From: Candidatus Eiseniibacteriota bacterium
Lineage (GTDB): Bacteria; Eisenbacteria; RBG-16-71-46
NCBI GenBank assembly: GCA_963717505.1
Contig: OY970342.1
Location: 4,064,001 to 4,128,000 of the forward strand
Direction of reading: 5' to 3'
Length of the DNA: 64,000 nucleotides
The first letter of the stretch is position 1; each line of letters starts with the position of its first letter. A program made the position numbers and the translations under genes. The notes under the pieces are model-generated. The model was given only the letters and a program-made list of their open reading frames with translations. It did no database searches and was not told where the DNA came from. Shown piece by piece: positions 59,105 through 64,000 of the stretch.

Positions 59105-61789
59105 ATGCGGATCCGCACCGTCATGCCCTTGCTCCTCGCCGCGACCCTCGGGGTATCGGGGGGCGCCGCCGCGCAGGAGTTGATCCCGCCCCGCAAGATC
59201 ATCCGCACCTTCCCCACCGACTTCTGCCCGATGCCGGAGATGCTCACGTTCACCACGTTGAGCACCAACGTGACTCTGGAGTTCGCGGCCAACCTCGGGC
59301 CAGAAGGGGTCTACGACACGCACATCGACAACCTGTGCATCGCGGATGCATTCCAGGTCGCGACCAATTCCGGGCAGTGCTCGGACTGTCCCGAGCTGTT
59401 CGACAACCAAGGCGCCCATCCGGTGGACGCCTTCTTCTTCGACTATTTCAACCCTGAAGGCTCGATCATCACGTGGCTCGAGCGGTTCGACAGCGATCCC
59501 GCGAGCCGCGGCTGGGATTTGGCTCGCGGCGCGACCTATGACGCCACTTCCTCCGCGGTGCGCGACCCGGGCAGTGTGACGGACTTCAGCGGAGGATCGC
59601 TGCGCCTGGCGGGTACACCGACGTGCGGCGATTCGCTGGTGCGCACACGCATCACGGTCACCGGGCTCACTCCCGGCGTGAGCTACACGCTTACCGGCTG
59701 GTGGTCGGCCCCGGGAATGATCCTCGAGGAAACGAACGTCGAAGTCCGAATCTTCGACCAGGGAGCGCTGATCGGCCGGTCGACCTGGGGACGAAGCCGC
59801 GAGAACACGTTCCGCGCGGGCCCCGGCGGCAACGACCCGACCGGGATCACGCTGGTTCCCAGTGTCGACGGCAGTACCATCGCCGTCTGGTCCGACAACC
59901 GTAATGGCGACGACGACGTGTACGCACTGCGCGTGCTCAAGAACGGGCAAATCGCGCCGGGCTGGCCGTTCGGTGGGGTATCGCTGTGCACCGTGACCGG
60001 CGACCAGAACGGCGTTCAGGCGGTGTCCGACGGCGCCGGCGGCGTGATCGCGTGCTGGATCGACGCGCGCGCCGGATTCGGCGTCCAACACATCTACGCC
60101 CAGCGGGTCACGGTTCTAGGTGCGATTGCTTCGGGATGGCCCAACGAGGTCGCCGGTGGACGGGCGATCTGTACTGCGGCCGCCGGCAGATCCGCGCTGA
60201 GGATCGCGCTCTCCCCAGGCGTCGGCGGACTGGTCACGTGGATCGATCAACGGGTCGGCGGCTCGGACGTCTACGCGCAGCGAGCCAATCTGGCCGGCAC
60301 CGTCGCCTGGACCGCCGATGGAGTCGCGGCGTCGACCGCAACTGGAACCCAGGGCGATCCGCGGGTGACCACCGATGGCGCCGGCGGCGCGTTCGTCGGG
60401 TACACCGGACCGAGCGGCGGCGGCAGCAACGTCTGGCTCCAGCGCATCGCCTCGACGGGCGTGATTGCTGCAGGTTGGCCAGCGGCGAGCGTCGGGGGTG
60501 TCCAGGTCGCTTCGACCACGGCGCTCGAGTACGTGGGCGACATCGTCAACGACGGCGGCACCGGCGTCTACGTCTCGTGGTACCTGCAGGTGAACGCTAC
60601 GCCCCGGATGCAGCGCATGACCTCGGCCGGAGCGGTGTCGCCCGGCTGGCCCGCCGCGGGTGTCGCAACCGGGGCCGGTGGCTGTTCCGGCACCGCGACC
60701 CGCACCTGGGTGGGGAACGACGGTGCGGGCGGCGTGATCGAAGTTCACGCCTGCGACGGATCGAGCCGGCGCATGCACGTCGCGCAGCGTTTGACCAGCG
60801 GCGGCGCGATTGCTTCCGGGTGGCCGGCGGCGGGTCGTGCCCTCAATCCCCACGACCAGAATCGGACCTTCGATCAGGTGGCGTTCGATGGCCAGGGTGG
60901 CGCGTGGGTCGCGTGGACCACCGCGACCGGAGCCTTCGAAGAGACCCTGTACGTGCAGCGCGTGACCGGCAGCAGCGTAGTCCCGGGCGGCTGGCCGGCG
61001 CGCGGGAATCGGTTCGGATTCGCGAGCTTCATTCAAGGGCCGGTCGGCTTCGCACAACCCGAGTCAACGTACGCGATGCTCGCGTGGCGCGACCTGAGCC
61101 AGGAGGTCAAGCTGCGGCGCGTCGATCGCTTCGGCGGCATGGGCAACCCCGCGCCCTGGATTCGCGCGGTCGTGGATCATGCCGGCGACCATGGCGGCAT
61201 CGTCGACGTGCGCTGGGACGCCGGCGACCTGGTGAACGACCCGAGCTTCGAGCTGAACGGCCTCTATCGGTTCTGGCGTGCGGTTGACGGCACCAGCCCG
61301 CCCGACTGGCGTCTGGTCACGACGCAGTCGGCGAGCGACGTCTGCGGGCGCACCTGGCAGGCGCAGACCTCGTTCACGGCTCCGGCTTCGGGCGGCACGC
61401 CGGGATTCTCACGCTATCGGATCGAAGGCTACGACCCGATCACCGGATGGAGCTGGATGTCGGAGCCGGACAGCGGACATGCGGTCAACGACCTCGGACC
61501 GCTCGCGGTCGAGAACCTCAATGGAGTGGCGTTTGCACTCGAACCGCCTTCGCCCAATCCGGCACGCGGCGTCGTGAGTTTCGCGTTCACGCTCGCCGGG
61601 CCCGGCGACGTCGAGCTCGAGGTGTTCGACCTCGCCGGCCGCTCGCTGTGGCGCAAGTCCGTGACGAACGCCTCGGCAGGCCAGCATCAGGTCCGCTGGG
61701 ACGCGCGGCACCTCGAGGGCGGGGTGTTCTTCCTGCGCGCGCGCTCACAGGCCGGAGAGCGCACGCGGCGTTTCGTGCTGGTGCCTTGA
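59105..61789 (+). CDS. Secreted mosaic protein: Cys-containing N-domain, DGxGG/GWP propeller repeats, FlgD-Ig C-terminal domain
   Basis: Signal peptide; repeats DG.GG...W.D.R...YAQR...G.IA.GWP; CTD PSPNP...FDLAGR...WD...GVFFLR. Confidence 0.85.
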   Translation: MRIRTVMPLLLAATLGVSGGAAAQELIPPRKIIRTFPTDFCPMPEMLTFTTLSTNVTLEFAANLGPEGVYDTHIDNLCIADAFQVATNSGQCSDCPELFDNQGAHPVDAFFFDYFNPEGSIITWLERFDSDPASRGWDLARGATYDATSSAVRDPGSVTDFSGGSLRLAGTPTCGDSLVRTRITVTGLTPGVSYTLTGWWSAPGMILEETNVEVRIFDQGALIGRSTWGRSRENTFRAGPGGNDPTGITLVPSVDGSTIAVWSDNRNGDDDVYALRVLKNGQIAPGWPFGGVSLCTVTGDQNGVQAVSDGAGGVIACWIDARAGFGVQHIYAQRVTVLGAIASGWPNEVAGGRAICTAAAGRSALRIALSPGVGGLVTWIDQRVGGSDVYAQRANLAGTVAWTADGVAASTATGTQGDPRVTTDGAGGAFVGYTGPSGGGSNVWLQRIASTGVIAAGWPAASVGGVQVASTTALEYVGDIVNDGGTGVYVSWYLQVNATPRMQRMTSAGAVSPGWPAAGVATGAGGCSGTATRTWVGNDGAGGVIEVHACDGSSRRMHVAQRLTSGGAIASGWPAAGRALNPHDQNRTFDQVAFDGQGGAWVAWTTATGAFEETLYVQRVTGSSVVPGGWPARGNRFGFASFIQGPVGFAQPESTYAMLAWRDLSQEVKLRRVDRFGGMGNPAPWIRAVVDHAGDHGGIVDVRWDAGDLVNDPSFELNGLYRFWRAVDGTSPPDWRLVTTQSASDVCGRTWQAQTSFTAPASGGTPGFSRYRIEGYDPITGWSWMSEPDSGHAVNDLGPLAVENLNGVAFALEPPSPNPARGVVSFAFTLAGPGDVELEVFDLAGRSLWRKSVTNASAGQHQVRWDARHLEGGVFFLRARSQAGERTRRFVLVP

Positions 61790-61793
61790 GCGG

Positions 61794-64000
61794 CTACCGG
61801 TCGCCGGTCAGGGTGAACGCCGCCCAATAGAACGGATCCCGCCGCTCCGGGCGTGAGCGCAGCTGACGCTTCACATTTCGAAGCGCCACCACGAGGTCCG
61901 GCCGGCGCGACGCGATGCGCCGGAAGTAGTCGCCGATCAGCTCGGCGGTCGCGGCATCATCGACCGGCCACTGGGTCGCGACGACGCTGCGGGCTCCGGC
62001 GATCAGAAAAGCCCGCGACAGCGCGAACACCCCCTCGCCCTCGACCCGCGGGCCGCGCTGAGTCTCGCAGGCCGAGAGCACCGCCAGATCGGCGCCGAGC
62101 ACGAGATCGTAGATCTCGTAGATCTGGAGCAGGCCGTCGTCGGCAGGCGGTGGGTCGGGCTCAGGCGGCTTCGCGAGCACAATGCCGGCCAGCAGGTCGC
62201 CGCGCCGCTCGGTGACGAAGGCGTGAGTCGCGAGGTGCAGATACCGCACCTGACCGGCGGCGAAACGAACCGCGCTCTCGGTGGCCTGGTTTCCCGAGAG
62301 CACTGTGACCTCGCGGGGCGCAAACGCGGTGCGCACGGCTTCGGATTCGCGCTCGGTGCCCGGGAGTGGCGTCCATTGACGGCCGCCGGCGTCCTCGTTC
62401 CCGGCGCCGAAGTCGGGATTGCTGACACTCAGACCTGTGGGAGCGTCCGGTTTCGCGGCCGGACGTTCGCGGTGAACGAGCATGAGCTGCGAGGTCGCCG
62501 AGCTAGCGTAGCGGAGCGCAGGCCCCTGATCGAGCCAGTCGCGCGCGTTCTTCCCCGGGTCGGTGGTCACCAGCGCTTCAAACGGCAGTGCGTGGAGCGC
62601 GCCGTCGACCACGAGCGTGGCCACCTGCGAACGGCGCAGGTCCCGCCAGGCCGGGTCCGGGATCAACACCCGATAGAGCGCATGCAATCGATAACTCGTC
62701 GAATCCGGCGCCGACTCGCCCGGACGCTGAACGCGGAGCGGATCGTCGCGGACTCCGGCGAGCCATGCGGCGAGCCCGAGACCGATCCGCGCGCCGCGCG
62801 ACGTGCGACCACCCTCGACGATCGCGGCGACGTCGCTCCGGCGCAGCGGGCCCGGGGCGATTCGCAGCATCGCGGCGGCTTCGGGATCCGCGACCAGCGA
62901 GTACGCGCGCGCCGGAGCCGGTGCGGGCGGGATCAGAATCAACGTCGAGGCTTCCGCGCCCAGGTGATAGACCACCAGGAGCTCGTCTCTCGGTACGAGC
63001 CCGCGCTGAACGTCCGGGAGCGATGCCGGCTGGCCGCTGCGGGTGAGCAGCTGCCGCCACATCGGGCTCGCCGCCCGAGCCGCGTCGCGGGCGCGTTCGA
63101 CTTCGGCCGCCGCCGAGTCGCGCGAGGCTTCGAGCGAGGCTTCGCGCTCTCGCCGCGCCACCTCCTCGAGCGCCGGATCGCTCCGTGTCACCGACAGCTC
63201 CGACTGGAGGCGCGCGAGACCGCTGCGCGACTGATCCTCGGCACGCCGTAGACGATCGGCCAGAGCAGGATCGAGGCCGGCGTAGAAGTCGACGCCCGCC
63301 GACGACAGTTGATCGAGCATCAGCCTGGCCCGGGCACGCTCGTGGACTTCGAACGCGCCCGCCACGTCCCCGTCGGCCAGGCGCAGGACGAACAGCCGAT
63401 CGTAGAGGCGAAGGTGTTTGGCCAGGAACAAGGCGCGGCTCGCGGCCGAGGCACCGCGAACCACGCGCAGGGATTCGGCATCGGCCACCGCCCGCTCGAT
63501 GCGTTCGCGCGCGGCTTCGGGCTCCCCAGCGCGCTCGGCCAGCTTCGCGGCTAATTCGGCGGCCTCGAGCCGGGCCTCGGGTTCGACCCGGCTAGTGTCG
63601 AGCACGGCGGTCGCGCGTTCGAGCTCGATGGCGGCGGCATCGGGTGGCGACGCGGGATCGGCCGCCAGCGCACGTGCGAGCAACAATCGGCTGATCGCGA
63701 CGTCCACGTGATCGGGCCCCAGTGCGCGTCCGCGGATCGCGATGGCCTGTCGCGCCAGGGAATCCGCCGTGTGTGGATGTCCTGCGGCCAGCTCCAGGGC
63801 CCCAAGTTCGTGAACGCTCTGGGCGGTCAACGGATGCTGATCGCCCACCGTCTTCGCGAGCACACCGAGAGCCTCGGCGGCCAGGATTGATGCCCGCTCC
63901 AATTCTCCGTTCTCGCGATAGAACACTGCCGTCTGATTCAGGTACGGCAGGACATTGGCGTTGTCGCTGCCAAACGAGCGGCGGGCGAGCACGAGTGCCG
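61794..64000 (-). CDS. TPR-CHAT (caspase-like) protein, 5' part outside window
   Basis: Kinesin-light-chain-type TPRs (GDQHPLTA, GPDHVDVA), LPFEAL, LPGTERE, HLATHA, LSACET, PFYWAAF. Confidence 0.92.
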   Translation of the reverse strand, partial: ALVLARRSFGSDNANVLPYLNQTAVFYRENGELERASILAAEALGVLAKTVGDQHPLTAQSVHELGALELAAGHPHTADSLARQAIAIRGRALGPDHVDVAISRLLLARALAADPASPPDAAAIELERATAVLDTSRVEPEARLEAAELAAKLAERAGEPEAARERIERAVADAESLRVVRGASAASRALFLAKHLRLYDRLFVLRLADGDVAGAFEVHERARARLMLDQLSSAGVDFYAGLDPALADRLRRAEDQSRSGLARLQSELSVTRSDPALEEVARREREASLEASRDSAAAEVERARDAARAASPMWRQLLTRSGQPASLPDVQRGLVPRDELLVVYHLGAEASTLILIPPAPAPARAYSLVADPEAAAMLRIAPGPLRRSDVAAIVEGGRTSRGARIGLGLAAWLAGVRDDPLRVQRPGESAPDSTSYRLHALYRVLIPDPAWRDLRRSQVATLVVDGALHALPFEALVTTDPGKNARDWLDQGPALRYASSATSQLMLVHRERPAAKPDAPTGLSVSNPDFGAGNEDAGGRQWTPLPGTERESEAVRTAFAPREVTVLSGNQATESAVRFAAGQVRYLHLATHAFVTERRGDLLAGIVLAKPPEPDPPPADDGLLQIYEIYDLVLGADLAVLSACETQRGPRVEGEGVFALSRAFLIAGARSVVATQWPVDDAATAELIGDYFRRIASRRPDLVVALRNVKRQLRSRPERRDPFYWAAFTLTGDR

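Noticed and set aside
59776-59815. Internal RSTWGR as a fused [ST]WGxxK sorting tail
   Set aside because: It lacks the K and aromatic residues, and the Trp fits the start of the first propeller repeat.

Overview
High-GC diderm bacterial chromosome. Many secreted proteins end in a FlgD-Ig/T9SS-like C-terminal domain, and one ends in a 'SWGxVKxxF' tail; this suggests Candidatus Eisenbacteria or a related FCB-adjacent lineage (inference). Left end: housekeeping block tRNA-Leu(TAG)-tig-clpP-clpX-lon, a class V aminotransferase, apgM and hbd. Middle (about 10-53 kb), an accessory mosaic: M13 peptidase, two DinB genes, a deleted GNAT, a sigma54 two-component system fused to a MacAB-like operon, two Reeler-like (choice-of-anchor V) proteins, a Spondin_N lipoprotein, an ankyrin protein with a structured leader, beta-propeller and DUF5916 envelope proteins, cupins, an ATP-grasp/cyclase/TPP/CMD cluster, an ABC permease-M1 peptidase fusion, and three tandem Ig+dockerin-like paralogs with duplicated promoters. 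Right end: thiolase, leuA-like, TPR/TonB-C, leuB-like, a secreted propeller protein and a partial TPR-CHAT protein. No integrase, transposase, reverse transcriptase or CRISPR array was seen. The most unusual signals are non-coding: duplicated gene 3' ends bracketing single inserted genes (31364/34429 and 38324/39201), two homologous bulged hairpins (31309 and 37799), a switch-like ankyrin leader, an apparent ATC start codon, and three compensating +1 insertions in yjbQ. Family assignments come from motif recognition only; no searches were run.
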